Notes: generated by a model not told the origin, from the sequence alone. Counted from the first letter of the stretch, positions 1-9,578 are shown. The stretch is DNA of 64,000 nt from Candidatus Micrarchaeota archaeon (GCA_021852055.1 JAJZOD010000010.1:50770-114769); one strand, 5' to 3'. Numbers and translations: made by a program.

Positions 1-83
1 TATTACAATCAATAGATATATAAATATTTGTATTTATAAATATCTTATAGTCGTCAATGTGATTGCAGACGATTGTTGTTGGA

Positions 84-344
84 ATGGAAAATGTATACTT
101 CTTCAAGGCGTTGTCTAGCCCCACGCGGCTAAAGATAGTCAAGGCGCTCCTCAAGAAGGAGCACTGTGCGTGCGACATACCGCCGATTGTCGGAAAGGCC
201 CAGCCGACGGTTTCACTGGAGCTCAAAAAGCTCGTGAATTACGGCATCCTTGAGCGCCATAAGGAAGGGACCCGTTGCATATACCGCGTAGCCGGAGGCC
301 GCGTCAAGTTCCTGCTCGATACCATACTTTCAGACAAGGCCTAG
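84..344 (+). CDS. ArsR/SmtB-family winged-HTH transcriptional regulator
   Basis: ORF 63-344. FKALSSPTRLKIVKALL...CACDI...QPTVSLELKKLVNYGILER matches the ArsR HTH pattern, including a CxC. ATG 84 follows the TTTATAAATA box (about 36-45), so it is preferred over TTG 63. Confidence 0.8.
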   Translation: MENVYFFKALSSPTRLKIVKALLKKEHCACDIPPIVGKAQPTVSLELKKLVNYGILERHKEGTRCIYRVAGGRVKFLLDTILSDKA

Positions 345-550
345 CGGAGGTAAAAAGATGCGAAGATTGAACTACAGCAAGGAGCTTATCACAATCCTTC
401 TGATTGTAGTTGTAACGGTTGTATTCCGGTGTTTCATCAATTTGTTCAGAAATTAAAATCGTTGCCGAGATCCGAAAGCGTCTCAGCAAGCTCGAAGCCG
501 AGCCCCGTCATCCCTCCTGTTATAAGAATTGCATTTCCAGAAATTTTCAT
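304..550 (-). pseudogene. Remnant of a short-chain dehydrogenase/reductase N-terminus (frameshifted, truncated)
   Basis: The minus-strand ATG at 550 opens MKISGNAILITGGMTGLGFELAETLSDLGN, which contains the TGxxxGxG Rossmann motif. It stops after 34 codons. Reading continues only in another frame (ORF 304-489) and then runs into the arsR 3-prime end. Confidence 0.35.
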
Positions 551-570
551 ATAATCACTTTGCTTTGCAC

Positions 571-1767
571 TCAAGAGGCATCGTAGATCAGGTCATAGTT
601 CCTTCCGAATGCTATCACGATTATGCCCGCAGATATCGACACTACCGCAGCATATATGTAGGAATATGAAGGATTAACAACATAAAGTATACCCATCAGC
701 AGATTCGCGAAGAAAATGCCGAAGCTTCTCGATGCGCTGAGCTTGCCAAGGCTCTTGCCCAGCCCGGATATCCCGCTCTTCATGAGCGAGATTATAGTCG
801 GCTCCAGTGTCTCTATGACTCCCAGACCGAAGCCCATCATGGCAACTCCTATATATGGAAGGATGATCGCGGAATTGAATATATAGCCCAATGCGAGCAG
901 AAACGTGCCTACGCCGGACAACATGTATCCGAGAAGGCCAAGGCTCCTTATCTTCTTCATCCTCTTTCGTGAGCCTATGTAGTAGCCTGTAACCGCTGAT
1001 ACCCCAAGGTATACTCCGTAAGAGGCTATTCCAAATACGCTGTTCCCACTCATCTTCGCTATGGTCAATATCGGGAATCCAAGGCTGTAATAGCTGAATC
1101 CGTACAATGCAGTCGCAAGTATTATCCCGTTGTACGCCCTCTTGTTTATCCTAGCACGCTTGCTCTTTCCGTTCCCGTTATTTGCAGGCTTAGCACGCAC
1201 GTCCTTCAATGTCATCAATAGATATGTTGATACGAGAAGCGGCAGCGCTGTTATGAAGAATATGTGGCTCTCGCTGACTCCGAGATAAAGCATGAATATC
1301 AGTACGACGACTGCAAGCAATCCTCCACCTATGTCTAGGGCATGCAGAAACCCGAACGCTTTTCCTCTGTTTTTGCTATCTGAAGCGCTGGCCAGCAATG
1401 CACGTCTGGGTGCGACCCTCATATTCCTACCCCACCATCCCCCGGCAAACAGTGCTATCGCAAATATCGGGTTCATTGTGAGCCCAACTGCTGACATGAG
1501 CAGTATGAATCCGCTACCTATTACTGCTATCCACTTCCTGCTGTATCTGTCCCCAAGTATTCCACCCACATATGCGAAGAGCGCTCCTCCTCCGAATGCA
1601 AGAGCATTGGCAATTCCAAGATAAAGAGGGCTTGACGCCAGCGCAATCACGAGATAAATAGGGAATATTGCCTGTATCATCTGATATCCCAGGTCTGCGA
1701 AGAACGCAGAGAATGATATCGTCAATATCTGGCGGTTGAGCCATCTTTTGCCTTGCATATTAATCAA
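571..1767 (-). CDS. MFS-type transporter (about 12 TM)
   Basis: 398 aa and highly hydrophobic. Loop 2-3 has a GDRYSRKW-type MFS motif, and a central basic loop separates two 6-TM halves. Confidence 0.75.
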   Translation of the reverse strand: MINMQGKRWLNRQILTISFSAFFADLGYQMIQAIFPIYLVIALASSPLYLGIANALAFGGGALFAYVGGILGDRYSRKWIAVIGSGFILLMSAVGLTMNPIFAIALFAGGWWGRNMRVAPRRALLASASDSKNRGKAFGFLHALDIGGGLLAVVVLIFMLYLGVSESHIFFITALPLLVSTYLLMTLKDVRAKPANNGNGKSKRARINKRAYNGIILATALYGFSYYSLGFPILTIAKMSGNSVFGIASYGVYLGVSAVTGYYIGSRKRMKKIRSLGLLGYMLSGVGTFLLALGYIFNSAIILPYIGVAMMGFGLGVIETLEPTIISLMKSGISGLGKSLGKLSASRSFGIFFANLLMGILYVVNPSYSYIYAAVVSISAGIIVIAFGRNYDLIYDAS

Positions 1768-2064
1768 AATTCAGTTGTGATGTTCTCCCACCAGTAAACG
1801 GCGTGGGCTTCCCGAACTAAACAACGATGATATTATGGATGAGAAAGTTTACAAATCTTGCGAACAAAATAATACTATATGCTGGGACACAGCGGAATCC
1901 GAAAAGATAAATTTCGTAGATGGGAACACAATACCAAACTATACCAAAACAGGATGTTTCTTATGAGCCGTTTATGCCAAATAAAGAAGACTGCTGGCAG
2001 ATGAAATTAAAATTTATTAAAACCGTTATCTGACTGGCGAGATACTGCTAGCTTGCTGCAGAGG

Positions 2065-2107
2065 AGCCTGCATATGCAGGAGCCCGCATATGCAAAGGGT
2101 TTATAAA
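2065..2107 (+). promoter_or_regulatory. Tandem AGCC(T/C)GCATATGCA(G/A) repeats (a perfect 14-bp palindrome CCTGCATATGCAGG at 2067-2080) abutting a TTTATAAA TATA box
   Basis: Read directly. GCATATGC occurs at 2070-2077 and 2086-2093. The TATA box is at 2100-2107, about 50 nt upstream of ATG 2160. Confidence 0.45.
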
Positions 2108-2159
2108 GGGTGAAGCCCCTTATCTCATGTAATATAAGCAATTGTGGGTGTTTAGTTAT

Positions 2160-5100
2160 ATGTCTAAAACACACGGTCCTAAATACGTGTGGATACTGCT
2201 TGCGGTTATTGCTGCAATAGTGGTTATATTTTTACTTTGGACTTCAGCGCGTGTGCCGGGCAGCCCTTCTACTATTAATCAGCTAGTCGAAAACCAGGTT
2301 CAGCAAAATACCAGCTCTGCAGATATGTATGCGCATCTCACTACTGCAACCTTCGCGCTTGTATCTCCATACAATGTGTTTAGCGACAACCGTCGCTTCG
2401 TTGAACTTGCGAACAGTACGTATAACTTCGTCTATTCAAATGCATCAGACTTCAGCAATGTTGAGAATTCATCGTTCATAGTGATAGTTGTCAATGCAAG
2501 CAACACAAAATATGCGGGCCTTGCCCTGAAAGCGGTAAACGCTTCTTTACTCGAGTATGCCATAAACAATACAGATGGGATAATTATAAACAGCAGCAAT
2601 GTATGGGCGTCTCACGGCCAGACCGTTTTTGTCCTTGCAGGCTATAAAAGCCAGAATTCGCTGTCTTCTGCGCTGCTCAGCTTCTTTGTAAGGCAGCAAG
2701 TGTACGCGCCAAAGAGTGCAGCATTAACTTTTGTCACGTTTAACGGAGCGGCGAAGAACTGGAGCCCTAACAGCATAAGTGCAAATGACCCTGTTTTGGA
2801 TGCATACCTTGGCGGCACATATGAGTTGGGCCTTCATGACACTGCACTTCACTATCCATACAGCTACTACGACAATTTTGCATACTTGCTATATTATGCT
2901 CCTGTTCTATCCTCCTATGTACCTGGAATCGAAGGTAACAGCTCCGCTGGGCTTCCTATGGATTCACCTGTTTGCATACCTCCTCCGCCTCCTCCTGATG
3001 GTTCTTCTATCTGCTTTGGAAATTATGTAGCCATGCCAATGATGCAAATCAACAGCCAACCGCCTCAAGAGCCACAATGGAATTTTGATACAGGCGACTG
3101 CAACTTCTTTGGCATATCCGACTGCATAGACGCGAAAGGCTATGCTGTATCAGGGATAAATCCACAGCTGCCGTACCGCAGCATACCTAGCATTTACTAC
3201 GGCTTCACTGCCACAGGCAGCCCTATCCCTCCATCAATGACAGGCACAACAGGCCCTGTTTACAAATACCTGCCCCTCACCTGGTGGATTTACGGCCCGG
3301 GATCTGTCGGCGAGTCAACTGGGGGATTCCAGGCCAGTATCTCAGACCAGCAAGAGATCTCCCTGCTCAAGAGTGCAGGAGTAGAGATGTTTTCTGCGCC
3401 TACCAGCGAGACGCCCCTGGGCACATTTACTACTTACAACGCAACTAACTCCTCACATGCTTATTCGTGCTCCAGCGACCTCTGCGGAATGCAGTTCAAT
3501 TACAGTATATACTCGCTTATGAGTGTATCATCATCTATACCAAGCAGCGCAACCATAGATTCACCAAACGGATACTCACAGGAGCCATACAGCAATTATA
3601 CTGCAGTCCTCGAACCTGTAACTCTTACGACACCGAAGATTGTTAGGTCATCTGCAAGGACCTATTACTTCAGTTACTGGAGTGTATATTCGGAGCTTGA
3701 CGGAAACCAGTATTATCAACAGTTCAACACCTCCAATGCGACATTTCAGGTTATAGGTCCGACGCAGGCAGAGGCAATTTATACAAGCGCAAGTTATCCG
3801 GGCAAAGTCACTATAAATAGCGAATATCTCACAATAGGAGACTACGAAACATGCCCGCCGCCAATGAAATGCGGCATATCCTCTGCCGTCTCAATACCTA
3901 ATGTTAATATATCCTTTGAAAAGATTGGCGGCTCTCTCATATATGCAAACACTACGGGCGCCAACGGCACAGCTACAACACCGACATTGCCGGTAGCATG
4001 CTACAAGGTTACGGCATATAAAAGAGGCTACGATTTCATCATAAGCCCTAACCCGATATGTATAAATGGCAATACAGGGGTATTTGCAGTTGACACGGAT
4101 CCGTTCATATTCAATATATCCTGGCCTTCAATCTATCCTTACGGCGGAGCCCCTACAAACAGCAAGATACCGGTAAACCTTACTCTGTTTTATGCAAGCG
4201 GAAAAGGAGTCCGTGCAGGTAATGTGGCAATACATACGACTGTAGAATCAGGAAAAATATCTGGACCTGCGGCGACATCGAACAATGGAACTGCGAATTT
4301 TATGTGGACTACGGGCGGTTCAAGTGGCTTGTATGACATAAATATAACAGCCTACGGAATTTTCATGCCAACAGAAACATACTCGCTTCCGGTAGTTGTA
4401 TACGCAGGAAACTACTCGTCGATACTCCTAAACATGACCCTTTCAAACAGCACAATCCATGCAAAGCCCGGAGCCTCGTTTATTGACAATATAACATTAA
4501 GTATGTGCCAGTATACCTTCAATTTAAAGTTAAATACGACGCTTTCATGTTTGCCGATAAAGCCTTATCCGGCAAACATCTCGATATCATATGCAAACGG
4601 TGCGCCCCCTGGGGTCAATGTTACCTTTATACCTAATCCGGCACAACCTAACACCGGCGTTTACACAGACAATACTACAATGCATCTCACTTTTGGCAGT
4701 GGAGTTCAGTCAGGCAGATTCACTGCACTTATCACAGCAAAGATAGCAACACCGAATGGATTATACAATACTACAGTTCCGTTGAAACTAGACATTCTGG
4801 CAAACAGCACAAGAAGCACAGGTAACAGCACGGGCAACAGCACAGGTTACGGTGCACTTAATGTCACAGTATTCTTCAATAATGCTCCCGTTGGGGCTGC
4901 AGAGATAAATTCCCCACCTGATTATTACGGATGGTATACAGGTTCGAACGGTGAGTACTATACGGGCTATGTTATACCTCCAAACAACTACGAACTTATA
5001 GGTACGTATGATAACATATCCAATGTCACAACAGCAAAAGTTTATGCAGGAAAAGTGGCGTACGCCTCAATATACCTATATAGTACCTCTTCAAACACAA

Positions 5101-5285
5101 CAACTACTACATCAAGTACAACAACCACGACATCGCAATCGACTACTACTATTTATCCTTGCGGATACAATTTCGGCTGCGTATCAAATCAGCCCATCGC
5201 ATCGGACTGCCCGTCTCAGTGCCCTTTGAAGCAGACACCAATACAAGGGTGTGTTGTAGGATATAGGTCATGGGAGTGCAGTTGA
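2160..5285 (+). CDS. Large secreted/surface glycoprotein (S-layer-like); N-terminal signal-anchor, Thr-rich stalk, Cys-rich C-terminal module
   Basis: ORF 2142-5285. ATG 2160 gives MSKTHGPKYVWILLAVIAAIVVIFLLW (TM/signal). There are dozens of NxS/T sequons, a PPPPPP run, an NSTG repeat, and a poly-T/S tract followed by 8 Cys in the last about 50 aa. Confidence 0.7.
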   Translation: MSKTHGPKYVWILLAVIAAIVVIFLLWTSARVPGSPSTINQLVENQVQQNTSSADMYAHLTTATFALVSPYNVFSDNRRFVELANSTYNFVYSNASDFSNVENSSFIVIVVNASNTKYAGLALKAVNASLLEYAINNTDGIIINSSNVWASHGQTVFVLAGYKSQNSLSSALLSFFVRQQVYAPKSAALTFVTFNGAAKNWSPNSISANDPVLDAYLGGTYELGLHDTALHYPYSYYDNFAYLLYYAPVLSSYVPGIEGNSSAGLPMDSPVCIPPPPPPDGSSICFGNYVAMPMMQINSQPPQEPQWNFDTGDCNFFGISDCIDAKGYAVSGINPQLPYRSIPSIYYGFTATGSPIPPSMTGTTGPVYKYLPLTWWIYGPGSVGESTGGFQASISDQQEISLLKSAGVEMFSAPTSETPLGTFTTYNATNSSHAYSCSSDLCGMQFNYSIYSLMSVSSSIPSSATIDSPNGYSQEPYSNYTAVLEPVTLTTPKIVRSSARTYYFSYWSVYSELDGNQYYQQFNTSNATFQVIGPTQAEAIYTSASYPGKVTINSEYLTIGDYETCPPPMKCGISSAVSIPNVNISFEKIGGSLIYANTTGANGTATTPTLPVACYKVTAYKRGYDFIISPNPICINGNTGVFAVDTDPFIFNISWPSIYPYGGAPTNSKIPVNLTLFYASGKGVRAGNVAIHTTVESGKISGPAATSNNGTANFMWTTGGSSGLYDINITAYGIFMPTETYSLPVVVYAGNYSSILLNMTLSNSTIHAKPGASFIDNITLSMCQYTFNLKLNTTLSCLPIKPYPANISISYANGAPPGVNVTFIPNPAQPNTGVYTDNTTMHLTFGSGVQSGRFTALITAKIATPNGLYNTTVPLKLDILANSTRSTGNSTGNSTGYGALNVTVFFNNAPVGAAEINSPPDYYGWYTGSNGEYYTGYVIPPNNYELIGTYDNISNVTTAKVYAGKVAYASIYLYSTSSNTTTTTSSTTTTTSQSTTTIYPCGYNFGCVSNQPIASDCPSQCPLKQTPIQGCVVGYRSWECS

Positions 5286-5343
5286 CACGCATATCATGGA
5301 TTTGAACATCAAGACTAATTAATGCCTGCATGTTCTAAACTAA

Positions 5344-5847
5344 TTACCTCTTAGCAAACCTGATGTAAATTCTGCGGTACTGCAGCAGGACCGATGCGAC
5401 TAAAATAACAACTATTGCCAGATATGCATACAGGAGCAGGAACGGGGAAGATGCGCTGCTCTTAATGCCGGAGCCTATGCTGATCGTCAGGATCAGGCTC
5501 AGAAGCCCCAAGAAAGCTATTACCAATGCATGCACAGTGAATATCATGCTGAATGCAATGCTCTTGTTGTCTGCACCTTTCTTATCTTCAATGCGATAAA
5601 ACAGTGAAGGAAGATTCATAAGGTACGGGTACTTTTCAAATAGTGTGTATCTGTACCGGATTAACAGGAGCAATACTGCCAGAACGCAGGTGAACACTAG
5701 AGGCACTATGAATAGCGTTACTTTTGCTATTATTCCAAAATAATAGAATCCTGCAATCCATGAGAGAAGCACAAATAGCAATCCAATGGCTATGAGTGCC
5801 TTGGCTACACCTTCCAAGCCGAATCTTTTAAGTGTTCTTACCGGCAT
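5344..5847 (-). CDS. Integral membrane protein (4 TM), unknown function
   Basis: 167 aa with four clear hydrophobic helices and a basic C-terminus. No family recognised. Confidence 0.55.
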   Translation of the reverse strand: MPVRTLKRFGLEGVAKALIAIGLLFVLLSWIAGFYYFGIIAKVTLFIVPLVFTCVLAVLLLLIRYRYTLFEKYPYLMNLPSLFYRIEDKKGADNKSIAFSMIFTVHALVIAFLGLLSLILTISIGSGIKSSASSPFLLLYAYLAIVVILVASVLLQYRRIYIRFAKR

Positions 5848-5962
5848 AATACCCGATACAAAAATAGTACATCAAAGCATTTATACTTTAAGTCACTACA
5901 AACACAGATAACGCAAGCCTTATAGATTAGTGCCCTAAATATTATAAAGAAAATGTGATAGT

Positions 5963-6154
5963 ATGAAAGGCAAAGTGAAGATGTTCAATGCCGCACGCGG
6001 TTTTGGATTCATATCTGGAGAAGATGGTAAAGATGTATATGTGCACGCTACGGCTGTGCAAAATGGTGCAGCGCTTGCAGTTGGCGATTCTGTAGAGTAT
6101 GATGTCGAGCAGGGCGAAAAAGGCCCAAGGGCTAAAAACGTCAAAAAGGCCTGA
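5963..6154 (+). CDS. csp: Cold-shock domain protein (CspA family)
   Basis: MKGKVKMFNAARGFGFISGEDGKDVYVHATAV contains the RNP1-like (RGFGFI) and RNP2-like (VYVH) motifs of bacterial-type CSD proteins. At 63 aa it is the typical length. Confidence 0.9.
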   Translation: MKGKVKMFNAARGFGFISGEDGKDVYVHATAVQNGAALAVGDSVEYDVEQGEKGPRAKNVKKA

Positions 6155-6177
6155 TTTAACTCAGCGTCTTTGTGGCG

Positions 6178-6206
6178 GTGCATGCGCTTGTTTTTAATGC
6201 ATGCAC
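6178..6206 (+). terminator. Hairpin GTGCATGC-N13-GCATGCAC with an internal T5, followed by T-rich tracts
   Basis: Perfect 8-bp inverted repeat 24 nt after the csp stop. The oligo-T runs at about 6245-6270 fit archaeal termination signals. Confidence 0.4.
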
Positions 6207-6358
6207 TGTCACACTCTAATCCTAAGTTGTGCTGACCTGTAAACCTTTTACTTTTATTCAGTTTTTTCTAGAAAGAAGGCCAGACAAAAGCTGTACAGTA
6301 AGCTATGCATAAGCATGCGAGCCGACTAATGCGCCGCTGTCCTTCTGTTGCAGACCGT

Positions 6359-7522
6359 TCAAAAGCCACTCCTGCTTAGCATATTATAACCCTCTAGGAT
6401 AATCCTGTATGTTGTCTCCCAGTCTATGCAGGCATCAGTTATGGACACTCCGTATTTAAGCTCCTGCACATTTCCGTTTACCTTTTGTTTGCCCTCGTTT
6501 ATGTTCGACTCAAGCATCACTCCGAATATGCCCGTATTTCCATCTGCAATCTGCTTGATTATGTCCATAAAGACCCCTGGTTGCTTTGTGTGGTCTTTCC
6601 CAGAGTTTCCGTGGCTGCAGTCTATAATGCATCTGCTCTCCAAGCCGTTGGCATGCAGCTCCTCTTGAGCCTTCCTAACGCTTTCTTTGTCGAAATTAGT
6701 GCCATTTTCACTGCCTCTAAGGACAATATGCGTATTTTCATTTCCACGCGAGTCTATAATTGCAAATTTCCCTGATGAATTCAGCCCGAAGAACCACTGC
6801 GGGCTTCTGGCCGAGATTACAGCATCTATTGCAGGCTGTATATCTCCGTTTATATCGTTCTTGAATCCAACCATCATGGATAGTCCGGATGCAATTGCCC
6901 TCTGTGTCGGTGACCTTACTGTCCTTGCACCTATGGCTGCCCATGAGATGAGATCTGATATATACTGCGGCACAAACGGGTCAACGAACTCTGTTGCTGA
7001 AGGCAGTCCGAGTTTTGCATTGAACAGAAGCAGTTTCCGGGCCATTTTGAGGCCATCATTAATAGCTTCGCGTTCATCAAGGTATGGTTCATTTATAAGC
7101 CCTTTCCAGCCTTTGCCGGTTCTAGGCTTTTCAAAATAGGCTCTCATGACAAGCATAAACCTGTCCTCAACTTTCTTGCCAAGCTCATGAAGGCGCAATG
7201 CGTAGTCCTGAGCAGCTTCAGTATCATGGATAGAGCACGGTCCGCAGATTACAACTGTCCTTCTATCCTCCTTTCTGTCATGTTGCCTAAATATGCTCTG
7301 TATGGTCTTCCTGCTCGCCAGTACGTTATCCAAGGCGCAGGAATCCAGTGGCAGCTCCCTCTTCAACTCCAAAAGGTCTGCAGGAGTCCGGTAGCCCCTG
7401 ACATTAACGTCTTCTATGTTGGATAAGCCTGTTACACCAAAGCTGTGGCTGCCGTTTTCGCTGCGCTCAGGTATAACAGTTCCTGCATTGTTTCCTTTAT
7501 TTTCAATTCCAATCTTTTTCAT
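6359..7522 (-). CDS. aroG: 3-deoxy-7-phosphoheptulonate (DAHP) synthase, class I-alpha (AroF/G/H type)
   Basis: VVICGPCSIHD, YFEKPRTGKGWKGLINEP, IGARTV, GFKN and VSITDACIDWE align along the whole length with E. coli AroG as I recall it. The ORF extends to 7555, but ATG 7522 (MKKIG) is preferred. Confidence 0.9.
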   Translation of the reverse strand: MKKIGIENKGNNAGTVIPERSENGSHSFGVTGLSNIEDVNVRGYRTPADLLELKRELPLDSCALDNVLASRKTIQSIFRQHDRKEDRRTVVICGPCSIHDTEAAQDYALRLHELGKKVEDRFMLVMRAYFEKPRTGKGWKGLINEPYLDEREAINDGLKMARKLLLFNAKLGLPSATEFVDPFVPQYISDLISWAAIGARTVRSPTQRAIASGLSMMVGFKNDINGDIQPAIDAVISARSPQWFFGLNSSGKFAIIDSRGNENTHIVLRGSENGTNFDKESVRKAQEELHANGLESRCIIDCSHGNSGKDHTKQPGVFMDIIKQIADGNTGIFGVMLESNINEGKQKVNGNVQELKYGVSITDACIDWETTYRIILEGYNMLSRSGF

Positions 7523-7834
7523 AACACCACTTTTAAACAGGAGCAGCGCAAGCACTCTTCAGATGCGTATTGAATAATGCCCAATAAAATGGTATGAGTT
7601 GCAGAATTAAATGCAGCTGCAACAGATAAAAAGAGAAAAGATGCTTACGCCGTTTTGCCTTTAATAGAAGGTTCCATACTGCGAGCTAAACAGTACGACC
7701 TCTGCACTAAATCCGTAGCGACAGTATAACATAAAAGCAACTTTTTATAATGAAATGTTTGCACAATAAGATTATTAAGTGTTTTGCCTCAAGCCTCAAA
7801 CAGATGCTGCCTCGCTGTTAAACTCCTGCAGCCT

Positions 7835-8125
7835 TTATAGCATTCCGCCGAGTTTTAAGATTATCATGACGAATACTGCCGGAAGGCCGAATATGGCCGT
7901 TGCCACAAGCACTGCCAGCGTTATCGGTATCCCGAGTCCGAATATCGCATTTATAAGAAATATAGCTATAAGCCCAAGCACGCTGTTTACTACAAGGCCC
8001 AGGAGTACTCTGCCAAGTGAAAACACTATAAATACGACTGCTATTATGGCAACTACTATAATTATCTCAGATGCTACTGAACCCAATGCCAGCGAGAGCA
8101 GTAAAGGCAGCATGACTTCAAACAT
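7835..8125 (-). CDS. BofA-family small membrane protein
   Basis: 96 aa. INAIFGLGIPITLAVLVATAIFGLPAVFVMIILK resembles the conserved C-terminal half of B. subtilis BofA. Confidence 0.55.
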   Translation of the reverse strand: MFEVMLPLLLSLALGSVASEIIIVVAIIAVVFIVFSLGRVLLGLVVNSVLGLIAIFLINAIFGLGIPITLAVLVATAIFGLPAVFVMIILKLGGML

Positions 8126-8290
8126 ATACCTTACTACATCACGATTTTATAAAGCTTTTTCGGTTGAGATTGCAGACCTCTCCTGTCTGAAGCCCTTGCG
8201 TATTATTGTATGGTTTATTGCCTCTTTTTTGTACATTTTTGTACAGAAGACTTATATTATTTAATATGCAGATTTTAACTGGTGAGGGAA

Positions 8291-8455
8291 ATGAAAACAA
8301 AAAGGAGGATAAGGCGACTGATAAAGGAACTAAGAGAGCTTGAATCTGCAAACAGGGATGGAAAGATGGCTGGTATTGCGCTTCTCGGTGCGCCAGATAT
8401 GCAAAAGCATCTTGGCGCATTGGAGTGGAACAGTAAGGCAGGCGTAGGTTCCTGA
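8291..8455 (+). CDS. Small basic hypothetical protein (54 aa)
   Basis: Below the ORF-track cutoff. ATG 8291 is directly preceded by GGTGAGGG (8281-8288), with an AT-rich TATA-like stretch near 8255-8270. Translation is MKTKRRIRRLIKELRELESANRDGK... Confidence 0.35.
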   Translation: MKTKRRIRRLIKELRELESANRDGKMAGIALLGAPDMQKHLGALEWNSKAGVGS

Positions 8456-8466
8456 TGCTTGGCGTT

Positions 8467-8895
8467 TCAGCGCATCAGAGGCATAATATGCGGGGCAGAT
8501 CCGCTTGACTTGATTTTCGAGTAAGACTTAGCGTGCACGCCGTTTATAAATTGTATAAGCATTATTGCGTCTTTGTAATATATGCCTGTAATCCACTTTA
8601 TATTCTCCTGGCTCTCCTGCTGTTCGCCTATGAGGCTGAAGTGAAGCCTGCAATAACCCATGCCTCTCTCCATCTTAACCTCTGTTATGTGTTCGTATCT
8701 TATCATCTTGACGCTGTGGCTCATGCCAAATATATCGCATCTGACTATTATAATGCGTCTGTCTGTAGCAAATGCATGTGCAGGAGCAAGAATCCTGCCT
8801 CCTCCAAGCCTGTGCTCCCTGATCTCCATCCCGACCTCTTCGCCTTCTGCGAGAAGGTCATCTAGTATAGCATATTCGCGCCTGTGGCCCCCCAT
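8467..8895 (-). CDS. Bacterial-type PH domain (bPH_2/YdbS-like) protein
   Basis: LLAEGEEV...FATDRRIIIVR...IRYEHITEVKMERGMGYCRLHF follows the bPH_2 pattern. ATG 8895 (MGGHRREY) is preferred over 8922. Confidence 0.45.
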   Translation of the reverse strand: MGGHRREYAILDDLLAEGEEVGMEIREHRLGGGRILAPAHAFATDRRIIIVRCDIFGMSHSVKMIRYEHITEVKMERGMGYCRLHFSLIGEQQESQENIKWITGIYYKDAIMLIQFINGVHAKSYSKIKSSGSAPHIMPLMR

Positions 8896-9065
8896 TCTGT
8901 CCCCGATTATGTTTATTATCAAAACACATATATTGATTCATAAATGCAGCATATACTGCAGAATATGCGTATGAAATTTATGTCGCAGTGCTATAGGCGT
9001 AGTTTCCAAGAAAATTATGCTGCATTGACGTTAACCCGAATAAACTATATGCAGAGCAATGCCGC

Positions 9066-9578
9066 CTACCTGCTCTTTTTTGGTTTGACTATGCAGCTTT
9101 GCTTTGACAGCTTATTCAGGTAGTATACAATAATGGCGATGTTCACTGCTGCCATTGCAAAGAATACCTGGACAGAAAACGAGCTTATTAAAGAATTAAG
9201 CGAGAACAGCGTTGTTGAACTTATGCCTAAAGCGGCAAAGCCCATAAGAAGGGGTTCAGCGCACCCACAACCGCCGAGAACGCCGCCAAGTATGAGTGTA
9301 ACTGCACTTACAGAACTCGCAGTAAACTTTGCCTTATTCCTGCGCGTATTCCTTATTGAGTATACTGATATTGTAAGAAGCACAGATGCAGTAATTATTA
9401 CTGCATACTCAAGATATGCCGGAACATTTACCAGAAATATGCCATAATCCTGGTATCTTATCAAAAACCCGAAAAACAGGTAATATGCAACTGCTGTAGC
9501 CACATTAAGCGCAGCGTAACTAGGCCTGTAGATCCTTCTAACAGAGTTGTATATCCTTTTAGCAACTTCACTCATCAT
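9066..9578 (-). CDS. Integral membrane protein with an intramembrane GGCGCAEP motif
   Basis: 170 aa, 4-5 TM. The start overlaps the stop of the upstream gene by 4 bp (ATGA coupling at 9575-9578). Confidence 0.55.
   Translation of the reverse strand: MMSEVAKRIYNSVRRIYRPSYAALNVATAVAYYLFFGFLIRYQDYGIFLVNVPAYLEYAVIITASVLLTISVYSIRNTRRNKAKFTASSVSAVTLILGGVLGGCGCAEPLLMGFAALGISSTTLFSLNSLISSFSVQVFFAMAAVNIAIIVYYLNKLSKQSCIVKPKKSR

Noticed and set aside
1292-1744. Antisense or alternative-frame ORFs inside strong CDSs. Examples: 1292-1624, 1514-1744, 6687-7139, 11532-12035, 14832-15302, 16924-17331, 22823-23320, 23959-24624, 38936-39505, 50530-51105 and 55218-55775.
   Set aside because: Each lies entirely within a gene on the other strand or frame that has clear family motifs. 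Their translations are low-complexity (S/L/P/C/R-rich), typical of shadow ORFs.
4803-4847. Short 12-nt tandem repeats (AACAGCACRGGY) that could suggest a repeat array.
   Set aside because: They are in frame inside the surface-protein CDS and encode N-S-T-G sequons. There are no spacers or CRISPR-like periodicity. No CRISPR array exists in the window.
5296-5310. GGATTTGAACATC, which resembles a tRNA T-arm on the minus strand; I also scanned all intergenic regions for tRNA or rRNA.
   Set aside because: No complementary T-stem, acceptor stem or anticodon arm can be drawn. No cloverleaf candidates were found elsewhere by eye. tRNAscan-SE or Infernal should confirm this.
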